The position numbers and the translations under genes are program-made. A DNA stretch of 64,000 bases from Myxococcota bacterium (GTDB lineage Bacteria; Myxococcota_A; UBA9160; UBA4427), in the NCBI GenBank assembly GCA_965250285.1, contig OZ252299.1, positions 5,952,001 to 6,016,000 on the forward strand. The letters run 5' to 3'. Under the pieces are notes generated by a model that searched no databases, had not been told where the DNA came from, and saw only the letters and a program-made list of their open reading frames with translations. Positions 55,356-64,000 of this stretch are shown piece after piece; the first letter of the stretch is position 1, and each line of letters opens with the position of its first letter.

Positions 55356-55902
55356 CGGGTCCTGTCGAGGCCTCCAGCCCCGCAGGGCCCGGCCGGTACT
55401 GGCTCGAAGCGGCGCCGGAGTCTAGCCCCAACCGCATCGGTCCACCGTCGCGGCGCTTGGATGCCGCGAACACGTTCGCATTCGGCTCGTTTCAGGACGC
55501 CTCTGGTCTGCGTCCCGTTCTGAAAGTGCCCCACAGAGGTCGAATCGGTCGCGCGATCTGGTCGCGAGTCAGATTTCCCGTCACCCACGGGGCGAATCGG
55601 GAACTGACCTGACGCTGAACTCCGCTCGACTGTGCTTCGGTGGCCAGTTGGCGTTTTCGTGGGAAAAGTTGTGGACACGAACATCCGAGAAAGAGAAAAA
55701 TATCTCCCTCGTTCCAACGGATTTCCGTCGAATGGCAATCGAGTACATACCGAGCGAGTTCGGCTGGGTCCATCGACCCTCGCCTTCCCACGGAGTCTTG
55801 CAGTGAAAGTGGAATCGACGCCGAGGGCGGGTCATCGCTCGCTCGATGCACCGCGATGCGCCCCGGCATCGCCGCGGCGCCTGGCAGAGCGGGGGCGCAT
55901 CG

Positions 55903-57324
55903 ATGGCTGAGCAGCTTCGCATCCTGGTGATCGACGACGACCCCGGCGTGCGCGAGTACCTCGAAGCGCTCGCCGTTCGGCGCGGGTATCACGTGTTCGC
56001 GGCCGCGTCGGCCGAAGAAGCGCTGCGTCTCTTGAAAGAGGCGACGCCCGACATCGTGACGCTCGACGCGGTGCTGCCGGGGATGAGCGGTCTCGAGCTG
56101 CTCGGGCAGCTGAAGCAACGACTGCCCGAGGTGCCAGTGATCATGCTGTCGGGCCACGGCCAGGCGCGCACCATCGTCGAGGCCATGCGCCTGGGTGCCT
56201 CCGACTTCTTGCGCAAGCCCTTCGAGGTCGAAGAGCTGCAGCTCGCCTTCGACAAGGCCATCGAGCACAACGCGCTGCGCGAAGAGGTCGAGAGCCTGCG
56301 CGGACGCGTGCGCAGCGAGGCCGACGGCCTCTTGATCGGCAGCGAGAACGAAGCCATGCGCGAGGTCTGCGCGATCATCGAGCAGGTCGCGAGCACCGAC
56401 ATCACCGTGCTCGTGCGCGGCGAGAGCGGCACCGGCAAGGAGGTGGTCGCGCGCGCCATTCACCAGCAGAGCGACCGACACGCGCGGCCCTTCGTGAAGG
56501 TCAACTGCGCGGCGCTGCCCTCGGAGCTGCTCGAGAGCGAGCTCTTCGGCTTCGAGAAGGGTGCCTTCACCGGCGCTCAGAAGCGCAAGCTCGGCAAGTT
56601 CGAGTACGCGAACCAGGGCACGATCTTCCTCGACGAGATCAGCGAGATGGCGCCGGGCCTTCAGGCGAAGCTGCTGCAGGTGCTGCAGGACGGACAGTTC
56701 TCGCGGCTCGGCGGCAAGAGCGACGTGCAGGTCGACACGCGCATCATCGCGGCGACCAACCGCAACCTCGAAGAGGCGGTTCAGAGCGGCGAGTTCCGTG
56801 AGGATCTCTACTACCGGCTCAACGTCGTCACGATCCGCATCCCGCCGCTCCGGGAGCGAATCGACACGATTCCGCTGCTCGTGGATCACTTCCTCAATCG
56901 ATACAACGAGCAGTACAAGAAGAGCCTGCACGAGCTGTCGAACGACACCACGCTGGCGCTCGCCGAGCACCACTGGCCGGGCAACGTGCGCGAACTCGAG
57001 AACATGGTGAAGCGCATGGTCGTGCTCGGCAACGAGAAGGCCGTCGTCGAAGAGATCCGAAGTCATGCTCCGCGCCCGTCGGCCGAGACGAACGGCGGCG
57101 ATGAGCTCGACCTCGAGACGCTCGGCGTGAACTTTTCCGACGACGGAAGAATCGATCTGAAGGCGATCTCTAAGCGCGCTGCTCGGATTGCCGAGAAGAA
57201 GGTGATCGAACGCGTGCTGGGCCAGACGCGCTGGAACCGCAAGGACGCCGCCGAGAGGCTGCAGATCAGTTACAAGGCGCTCCTCTACAAAATGAAGGAG
57301 AACGGCTTGAGCGGCGATCGATGA
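55903..57324 (+). CDS. sigma54-dependent response regulator (REC-AAA-Fis HTH)
   Basis: Receiver domain, GESGTGKE, GAFTGA and HTH (ISYKALLYKMKE). Confidence 0.93.
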   Translation: MAEQLRILVIDDDPGVREYLEALAVRRGYHVFAAASAEEALRLLKEATPDIVTLDAVLPGMSGLELLGQLKQRLPEVPVIMLSGHGQARTIVEAMRLGASDFLRKPFEVEELQLAFDKAIEHNALREEVESLRGRVRSEADGLLIGSENEAMREVCAIIEQVASTDITVLVRGESGTGKEVVARAIHQQSDRHARPFVKVNCAALPSELLESELFGFEKGAFTGAQKRKLGKFEYANQGTIFLDEISEMAPGLQAKLLQVLQDGQFSRLGGKSDVQVDTRIIAATNRNLEEAVQSGEFREDLYYRLNVVTIRIPPLRERIDTIPLLVDHFLNRYNEQYKKSLHELSNDTTLALAEHHWPGNVRELENMVKRMVVLGNEKAVVEEIRSHAPRPSAETNGGDELDLETLGVNFSDDGRIDLKAISKRAARIAEKKVIERVLGQTRWNRKDAAERLQISYKALLYKMKENGLSGDR

Positions 57325-57350
57325 TCGCAGCCCACTCGCCGGAGGTGAAC

Positions 57351-57956
57351 ATGTCTCGAAACGCCCGAATGAAGTTCATGGTGCTGAGCGTCGCGATCGC
57401 TGCGCTCGCGTCTGCGTGCGCCAGCGCGCCGACGTTGCCGCCGCCGCCCGAGCAGGTGGCCGGCGAGCGCGTTCCGTACGTGATCGGCATCCCCGACGTC
57501 CTCGACATTCTCGTGTGGAAGAACCCCGAGTTGTCGACGCAGGTCGTCGTGCGCCGCGACGGCATGATCTCGGTGCCGCTGCTCGGCGACGTGCAGGCCG
57601 AGGGTCTCACGCCGATGGAGCTGACCGTGGTGCTCCGGCAGGCGCTCTCCGACTACATCAGTGCGCCCGACGTGACCGTGATGGTCGCGCGGTCCGACTC
57701 GCAGTCGGTGGCGGTGGTCGGCGCCGTGCTTCGGTCGGGCATCGTGCCGCTCGCGCGCGAGACGCGCGTGCTCGACGCGATCGCGACCGTCGGCGGCTTC
57801 AACACGTGGGCTCGCAAGAACGACGTGCGGATCATTCGCCGCGCCCAAGAGGGCCTCGTGGCGTACCGCTTCGACTACGGCGCGTATCTCTCGGGCGACG
57901 AGCCGGGGACGAACATGATCCTCCAACCCGGTGACACGATCATCGTTCCCGACTGA
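57351..57956 (+). CDS. wza: Short OPX/Wza polysaccharide export lipoprotein
   Basis: Lipobox LASAC, VRRDGMISVPLLGDV, ends at LQPGDTIIVPD; GGAGG SD. Confidence 0.9.
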   Translation: MSRNARMKFMVLSVAIAALASACASAPTLPPPPEQVAGERVPYVIGIPDVLDILVWKNPELSTQVVVRRDGMISVPLLGDVQAEGLTPMELTVVLRQALSDYISAPDVTVMVARSDSQSVAVVGAVLRSGIVPLARETRVLDAIATVGGFNTWARKNDVRIIRRAQEGLVAYRFDYGAYLSGDEPGTNMILQPGDTIIVPD

Positions 57957-57967
57957 GACCCCATTCG

Positions 57968-59476
57968 ATGCGTCTGCGCCCCATCCTGATCCTCGCGCTC
58001 GCGAGCCTGCTCCCGGCCCTCTCTGCAGATGGCCGGGAAGTCGTGTTGGGGATCCAGCAGAGCTTGACCGCCGACTCGAACCTGTTCAACGAGTCGCAGG
58101 ATCCGACGGCCGATGGGTCGTATCGAATCGGCCCGACCATTCGTCTCCGCGAGCAGCGCGACGTCCTGAACTTCGACTTCTTCTACACGCCGCAGTACCA
58201 GGTGTACATGCGCACCGACAACGTCAACGGGCTGAACCACACGTTCATCGGCGAGCTCGAGTATCGGCCGACGCCCCGCGACACGATCACGCTCTCGTCG
58301 TCGGCGATCCTGCGCCGGGCCGTGCAGCTGCTGACCGACCCGAACCTGGTCGTCTCCGACTTCGACACGCCGGGCATCGGTGACACCGGGCGATACATCG
58401 TCGATCTCAGGTATCAGCGGCGACTGACGGATCGGCTCGCGGGCTCGGTCTCGGGCCGGTACGAGCAGTGGACGTATACGAACGGGACGGCCGTGCCGAA
58501 CATCTCGGGCACGGCGAAGGCCGATACGTACTGGGCCTTCACGCCCGAGATCCAGGCGGGGATCGAGGTCACCGGCAGCTACCGCGCCTTCGAGGCGATC
58601 GGCAGCCTGCCGCCGTCGACCAACGCGATCGGCAACGCGAGCCTCTTCGGCGCCTGGCAGATCGATCCGCGGTGGAGCATGACTCTGAGCGGTGGACCCG
58701 CCTACGTGGCTCAGCGGCAGGACGCGCCGGAGGCACGGCTGACGAGACGCTTCCGTACCGACGAGAACCAAAACGGAGTGGTGGCCGCCGCACAGTTCGC
58801 GAACTGCCTGCCCTTCGCCGGATTGCTCCTCCTGGAGAGGTGCTTGATCAACGGCGCCGACCCCTCGAGCAACCTCGCCGACCCGTTCCAGGAAGTTTTC
58901 GTGGACTTTCCGCCGGGAACCGAGACCACGAGCACGAACAGTGACTTCGCCACCTTCTTTGCCGGCGCCGAGGTGCGGTACGAGTTCCCGCGAGGGTTCG
59001 CGACCCTCGGGTATTCAAGGAATCAGGATGCGACGGGGGGCGTCGGATCGACGAACATCACGGACGCAGTCACGGGGCGGGCGGCCTACGATCTGAATCG
59101 TCGGACGAACTTCTCGCTCCTGGCGGTCTGGTCGAAGCGAAAGTCCGAGCTCAGCCAGAGCCAGGGCTTCGTCACGGCCGTGCAGAGCTCGGAGCTTTCC
59201 GACAACAACCAGCCGCTGGCCGAAGCCGGAGATCTCGCGCTCATCCGGTTCAACAGCGAGCGGGACCTCGACCAGGTGCGTGTCGTCGCGACGGTTCTGC
59301 ACCGGCTGTCGAAGAACCTGCAGGTGCGAGGGCAATTCAACTTCACCACGCAGCGGATCGAGTCGATCGCGATCGACCCCGTCACCGATGCGCGCATCGA
59401 GTCGGGGTCGCGTCGCACCAACAGATACATCGGACGCGTCTTCATTCGCTACGAGTTCGACCCCTATAGATTCTAG
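57968..59476 (+). CDS. Outer-membrane beta-barrel protein of polysaccharide export locus
   Basis: Signal peptide, alternating amphipathic beta-strands, aromatic C-terminus; lies between wza and the co-polymerase. Confidence 0.72.
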   Translation: MRLRPILILALASLLPALSADGREVVLGIQQSLTADSNLFNESQDPTADGSYRIGPTIRLREQRDVLNFDFFYTPQYQVYMRTDNVNGLNHTFIGELEYRPTPRDTITLSSSAILRRAVQLLTDPNLVVSDFDTPGIGDTGRYIVDLRYQRRLTDRLAGSVSGRYEQWTYTNGTAVPNISGTAKADTYWAFTPEIQAGIEVTGSYRAFEAIGSLPPSTNAIGNASLFGAWQIDPRWSMTLSGGPAYVAQRQDAPEARLTRRFRTDENQNGVVAAAQFANCLPFAGLLLLERCLINGADPSSNLADPFQEVFVDFPPGTETTSTNSDFATFFAGAEVRYEFPRGFATLGYSRNQDATGGVGSTNITDAVTGRAAYDLNRRTNFSLLAVWSKRKSELSQSQGFVTAVQSSELSDNNQPLAEAGDLALIRFNSERDLDQVRVVATVLHRLSKNLQVRGQFNFTTQRIESIAIDPVTDARIESGSRRTNRYIGRVFIRYEFDPYRF

Positions 59477-59503
59477 AAAGCGGCCACGGGCCGAGGTATC
59501 GAG

Positions 59504-61168
59504 ATGGACACCCAAGAGGGACTTCAGCTGTCGGATCTGGCCGGCGTCGTCACACGACGCGGCCGGCTCGTCGTCTATACGGCCGGCGCCGTGCTCCTGC
59601 TGGTCTACTGGATCGCCATGATGCTGCCGAACCAGTACCAGGCGAGCGCGCTGATCCTCGTCGAGCCGCAAGGCATCAGCGAAGAGCTCCTCGCCGCCGG
59701 CGTGCGCGAGAGCGATCTCAGTCAGCGCCTCGGCATCATGACGTCCGAGATCCTGAGCCGGGCCCGGCTGTCGGACATCATCAGCGACTTCGATCTCTAT
59801 CCCGACATGGCCGACTGGTACACGCGCGAAGAGGTCGTCGACCACATGCGCGAGCAGCTCTCGATCGAGCCCGTCTTCAGTGATCTGCAGGCCGATCAGC
59901 GACGCAACCGCACGGGCGACTTCAATACGTTCCGGATCAACTTCTCGTACGACTCGCCCCAGCTGGCGGCCGAGGTGGTGAACCGCCTTTCGGACGATTT
60001 CATCTCCGAGCACATCGACGCGCGCGTCCAGGTGTCGCAGAAGAGCCTCGAGTTCATGCGCTCGTCGATGGACGACCTTCGAACTCAGATCGCCCGGGTC
60101 GAGGTCGAGATCAAGGAGATCAAGGAGGCCAACCCGGGTCGTCTGCCCGAGGATCTGATGGCCAACCAGCGGATCCAGCAGCAGATGATGATGGACTACC
60201 GAAATGCCCAGCAGCTGCTGGCGGCGGCTCGGAGCGACGAGGCCTTCTGGAAGAACCAGGTGCTGACCGCCGTGTCGCTGTCGAGCCCGAACGACCCGAC
60301 CAGCCCGCAGTACCGCCGCAAGCTGCTCGAGCTCGAGCTTCGGGAGCTGCGCTCGCGCGGGTTCACCGACCGGCACCCCGACATCATCCGCGCCGAGGCC
60401 GAGCTCGAGGCGCTCTCGATGGCCGACAGCGAGGCCGCCCAGAGCACCCCGATCGAGCAGGCCGAGGACAAGCCGCCTGAGACGTTCGCCGAGCAGAACG
60501 CGCGCTCGGAGCATCGACGCGCCAAGCTCCAGGTCGCTGCGTCGCAGGAGGAGGTCCGGCGGCTCGAGGCTCAGCTCGCCGAGGTCGAGGGGCGGCTCGG
60601 GGCGACGCCCGGCGTCGCCGAGCAGCTCGATCGCCGCCAGCGCGAGTACGACTCACTGCGCAACAGCTTCCAGGACTTCAGCGCCAAGCTGCAGCAGGCG
60701 TCGGTGCAGGCGAACATGGAGCGCCGACAGCTCGGCGAGCAGCTGCGCGTGCTCGAAGCGGCCGTGCCGCCGCCCAGCCCGACGTCGCCGAACCGCCCGC
60801 TGATCCTCGCGCTCGGTCTGGTGCTCGGCCTGGGCTTCGGGCTCGGCCTCGCCGTGGTCGTCGAGACCGGTGACCGGTCGGTGCACAACGCACGCGAGCT
60901 GCAGGGGCTGGTGGGCCTGCCCGTGCTCGCCGAGATCCCCCGCATCATGCTCGAGAGCGACCGGGCCGAACGGTCGCGGCGACTCGTGATCGAGGGGGCC
61001 GTCATGCTGGCGATCGTCTTCGTGAGTCTCTTCGGCGGTCTGCTCTCGTACTTCTATGTGAACGGTGCGCCGGGCTTCCTGCAGTCGGGCGACGAGTACG
61101 AGCAGGCGGCGCCGCCGGCGCAGCAGTCGGAATACAGCCCGATGCGCCGCGGCGAGCGGCTCGGTTGA
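59504..61168 (+). CDS. Polysaccharide co-polymerase (GumC/Wzc N-terminal part)
   Basis: N-terminal TM, YQASALILV, coiled coils, TDRHPD and PTSPNRP followed by TM. Confidence 0.88.
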   Translation: MDTQEGLQLSDLAGVVTRRGRLVVYTAGAVLLLVYWIAMMLPNQYQASALILVEPQGISEELLAAGVRESDLSQRLGIMTSEILSRARLSDIISDFDLYPDMADWYTREEVVDHMREQLSIEPVFSDLQADQRRNRTGDFNTFRINFSYDSPQLAAEVVNRLSDDFISEHIDARVQVSQKSLEFMRSSMDDLRTQIARVEVEIKEIKEANPGRLPEDLMANQRIQQQMMMDYRNAQQLLAAARSDEAFWKNQVLTAVSLSSPNDPTSPQYRRKLLELELRELRSRGFTDRHPDIIRAEAELEALSMADSEAAQSTPIEQAEDKPPETFAEQNARSEHRRAKLQVAASQEEVRRLEAQLAEVEGRLGATPGVAEQLDRRQREYDSLRNSFQDFSAKLQQASVQANMERRQLGEQLRVLEAAVPPPSPTSPNRPLILALGLVLGLGFGLGLAVVVETGDRSVHNARELQGLVGLPVLAEIPRIMLESDRAERSRRLVIEGAVMLAIVFVSLFGGLLSYFYVNGAPGFLQSGDEYEQAAPPAQQSEYSPMRRGERLG

Positions 61169-61186
61169 GAACGCGAGGAGCCTAAC

Positions 61187-62086
61187 GTGTACACCGAGTA
61201 TTACGGGTTGGTTCGAAGCCCGTTCGAGATGACACCCGACCCGTCGTTCCTCTTCCTTGGAGAGGCGCACCGGGAGGGGCTCGCCATGCTCGAGTACGGC
61301 GTGATGTCGGGCAAGGGCTTCGTCCTGCTCACGGGTGAGGTCGGGACGGGCAAGACGACCCTGCTGCATGCGTTGCTCGGCAAGCTCGATTCGCAGACGA
61401 AGTGCGCGTTCATCTTCAACCCGCGCCTCGAGCCCCTCGACTTCTTCCGCGTCCTCTTCGAGGAGCTGGGGATCGAAGCGAAGGGCGGCAGCAAGGCCGA
61501 GTACCTGCTGCAGCTGAACGAGTTCCTGATTCAGCGGCTCGAAGAGAATCAGAAGACGCTCCTCATCGTCGATGAGGCGCAGAACCTCGCACCCGAGATG
61601 CTCGAAGAGATTCGGCTGTTGTCGAACCTCGAGACACCGCGCTCGAAGCTGATCCAGATCATGCTCGTCGGGCAGCCCGAGCTGAAACAGATGCTCACGC
61701 GCCCCGATCTTCGGCAGCTGCGACAGCGCATCACGCTGCGACACCACCTTCGTCCCTTCGACGTCGACGAGACACGCGAGTACGTCGACGGGAGGCTCGG
61801 GAAGGCGGGCTACACTGGGCGCCGACTCTTTCGGCGCTCTGCGATTCGCGAGCTCCACGCGGTGACGGGCGGGACCCCGAGGCTCATCAACAGCGTCTGC
61901 GACAGCGCGCTGCTGATGGGGTACTCGCGGGACAAGTCCGTGATCGACGCGGGGATCGTGCGTGAGGTCGCAGCCGACCTCGAGCTGACTCCGGTGCACA
62001 CGCCCGATGCGGGCGACACCGGTCTTGATGGATCTGGGGCGGTCAAGCCGCGACTCCGGCGGAAGCTCCTCGACTTCCTTCGGTGA
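61187..62086 (+). CDS. ExeA-like AAA ATPase (exosortase/polysaccharide-locus associated)
   Basis: PFEMTPDP, TGEVGTGKT, VDEAQNL, GQPEL and GTPRLIN motifs. Confidence 0.88.
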   Translation: MYTEYYGLVRSPFEMTPDPSFLFLGEAHREGLAMLEYGVMSGKGFVLLTGEVGTGKTTLLHALLGKLDSQTKCAFIFNPRLEPLDFFRVLFEELGIEAKGGSKAEYLLQLNEFLIQRLEENQKTLLIVDEAQNLAPEMLEEIRLLSNLETPRSKLIQIMLVGQPELKQMLTRPDLRQLRQRITLRHHLRPFDVDETREYVDGRLGKAGYTGRRLFRRSAIRELHAVTGGTPRLINSVCDSALLMGYSRDKSVIDAGIVREVAADLELTPVHTPDAGDTGLDGSGAVKPRLRRKLLDFLR

Positions 62087-62119
62087 TCTGGCGGGGATGG
62101 GCCCGCCAAGGAGAGAGAC

Positions 62120-62971
62120 ATGGCCAACGTATACGAGGCCCTGCAGCGCGCCGAGCGCGAACGCGAGCGAAAGGCGACGGGCGAGGACATCGGTGTCCAG
62201 GCGCCGCCGGTCTGGGAAGACGCGCCCAAGCCGCGGCGCGCCCAGACTTCGAAGCCCGGCTTGTTGGCGCGGCTGTTCCGCCGCGGCAGCGACCCGTCTT
62301 CGACCTCGATGGCGGGCGAGATCAACAAGCGCCGGATCTCGATCCTGCAGCCCGATTCGTACGTCGCCGAGCAGTACCGCACGCTGCGCGGTCGCATCGA
62401 CTCGCTCGCCACGCAGCGCGAGATCGGTACGCTGGCCGTGGTCAGCGCGAACGCCGGCGAGGGCAAGAGCACGGCAGCGATCAACCTCGCCGTCGTCACC
62501 GCGCTCTCGGTGGGTCGCAAGGTGCTGCTGATCGACTGCGATCTGCGCCGCCCGAAGGTGCACGCGAGCATGGGGCTCGAGCCCAAGACCGGGCTCGGTG
62601 AGATCCTCCTCGGCCAGGCCACGCTCGACGATGCGGTGATGCCGGTCGAAGGGCTCAACCTCGACGTGCTCGCCGTGCGCAACCAGCCGCAGAACCCGTC
62701 CGAGCTGCTCGCCTCGAAGGAGATGCGACAGCTGCTCGCCGAGGCGGGCGAGCGCTATGACCGCGTCATCGTCGACACGCCGGCGTCGCTGGGCCTGCCC
62801 GACTCGAAGACGATCTCGGAGTACTGTGACGGCATCGTGATGGTCGTGCGCGCGGACGTGACGTCGCGGGACGACGTGCAGTCGGCGCTCGAGCTGCTCG
62901 ATCGACGCCGCGTCGTCGGCATGGTCATCAACGGCACCGCACTCAACCGCAAGCAGTACGGCTACTATTGA
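62120..62971 (+). CDS. CpsD/CapB-family BY-kinase
   Basis: AEQYRTLR, GEGKST, IDCDLRRP, DTP and C-terminal YGYY. Confidence 0.9.
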   Translation: MANVYEALQRAERERERKATGEDIGVQAPPVWEDAPKPRRAQTSKPGLLARLFRRGSDPSSTSMAGEINKRRISILQPDSYVAEQYRTLRGRIDSLATQREIGTLAVVSANAGEGKSTAAINLAVVTALSVGRKVLLIDCDLRRPKVHASMGLEPKTGLGEILLGQATLDDAVMPVEGLNLDVLAVRNQPQNPSELLASKEMRQLLAEAGERYDRVIVDTPASLGLPDSKTISEYCDGIVMVVRADVTSRDDVQSALELLDRRRVVGMVINGTALNRKQYGYY

Positions 62972-63129
62972 GCGCCGGCCGAGGGCGGCCGGCACACGGT
63001 GAAGCGCGGGCCGCAGGGGCCCCACAGCACGGAACGACCACACCGTAGGGACCTGCCGGCGCCGGCGCAGATGGGCGCGCGCATCGCGAGAGGCGGCTCG
63101 CGCAGGGCCCGGGCTGGACGAACGCGACC

Positions 63130-64000
63130 TTGGATCTCACACAGATCATTCTGCCCGCATTGGTGGCGGCCGTCGCTGCGGCGGCGATGACGCCGCTCGT
63201 GAGCCGCTTGGCGATCGCGCTCGACATCGTCGATCGGCCGAACGCGCGCAAGGTCAGCGACCGGGCCGGCATGCCGCTCCTCGGCGGCGGCGCGGTGTAC
63301 GTGGGGGTCGTGGCCGGTCTCCTGGCGGCGGCCTTCTCGCTCGGCTGGCAGAGCCTCGATCTCGTCCGCATCGGCGGGTTCGCCGCGGGCGGTCTGCTGC
63401 TGCTCGCCGTCGGCGTGTGGGACGACCGCTTCGACCTCTCGGCGTGGCAGAAGCTGCCGTTCCAGATCGGCGCCGCCGTGCTCGCGATCCTCTGCGGCTT
63501 CCAGATCGACTTCTTCACCGATCCGTTCACGATGCAGACGAACCCGCTGCCGCCGGCGATCATGTGGCCGGTGACGCTGCTGTGGATCGTCGGCGTGACC
63601 AACGCGATGAACCTGATCGACGGTCTCGACGGCCTGTCGGCCGGTCTCGGCGCCATCATCTCGGCCACGCTCGTGGTGCTCTGCGCGCAGGCGAGCCAGC
63701 CCACGGGCATCCTGGTCGGGGCGATCGTCTGCGGCGCCCTCGTCGGCTACCTGCCGTTCAACTTTCCGCCCGCGCGCATCTTCCTCGGCGACGCCGGCGC
63801 GCTCTTCATCGGCTACGCGCTGGCGCTGCTCTCGATCCAGGGCTACCGCAAGGCTGCGCTGCTGACCTTCGTGGTGCCCCTGCTGGCCCTGGCCGTGCCC
63901 CTGCTCGATACGGCCCTGTCGGTGCAGCGACGCATTCGCAGCGGCCGTGGCATCTTCTCGGCCGACAAGATGCACATGCATCACGTGCTGCTGCGCCGGG
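63130..64000 (+). CDS. MraY/WecA/TagO-family undecaprenyl-phosphate HexNAc-1-phosphate transferase, 3'-truncated
   Basis: Translated by hand (not in the ORF track): VDRPNARK, PLLGG, GVWDD, NAMNLIDGLDGL, FNFPPARIFLGDAG and DKMHMHH. Confidence 0.9.
   Translation, partial: MDLTQIILPALVAAVAAAAMTPLVSRLAIALDIVDRPNARKVSDRAGMPLLGGGAVYVGVVAGLLAAAFSLGWQSLDLVRIGGFAAGGLLLLAVGVWDDRFDLSAWQKLPFQIGAAVLAILCGFQIDFFTDPFTMQTNPLPPAIMWPVTLLWIVGVTNAMNLIDGLDGLSAGLGAIISATLVVLCAQASQPTGILVGAIVCGALVGYLPFNFPPARIFLGDAGALFIGYALALLSIQGYRKAALLTFVVPLLALAVPLLDTALSVQRRIRSGRGIFSADKMHMHHVLLRR

Overview
High-GC bacterial chromosomal segment. The gene content (sigma54 regulators, short OPX plus beta-barrel exporter, F420-type LLM enzyme) suggests a Myxococcota/deltaproteobacterial-type organism, which is an inference. 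The left part (about 1-28.6 kb) is mostly housekeeping: Elp3-like radical SAM/acetyltransferase (5'-truncated), LLM oxidoreductase, VOC protein, clpB with two HtrA proteases, galK, thiS-thiG-thiE, alr-purH-purD-tsaC, DUF1015-dciA, a small 4-Cys protein, rpsP-khpA-rimM-trmD-rplS, cupin, yraN, rsmI, a heparinase II/III-like gene and ligA. The right part (28.8-64 kb, running off the end) is a large multi-operon Wzx/Wzy surface-polysaccharide locus. It has exosortase/EpsI, two sigma54 response regulators, four GT4s and a rich tailoring kit: sulfotransferase, ChbG-type deacetylase, UDP-glucuronate epimerase, two CapK/PaaK-like adenylating enzymes, DUF362, a CapA-family protein with a sorting-signal-like tail, and a LamG/glycoside hydrolase-like protein. 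I saw no rRNA, tRNA, CRISPR array or mobile element. Product calls come from recognised motifs, not database searches, and several start codons were re-picked by eye.
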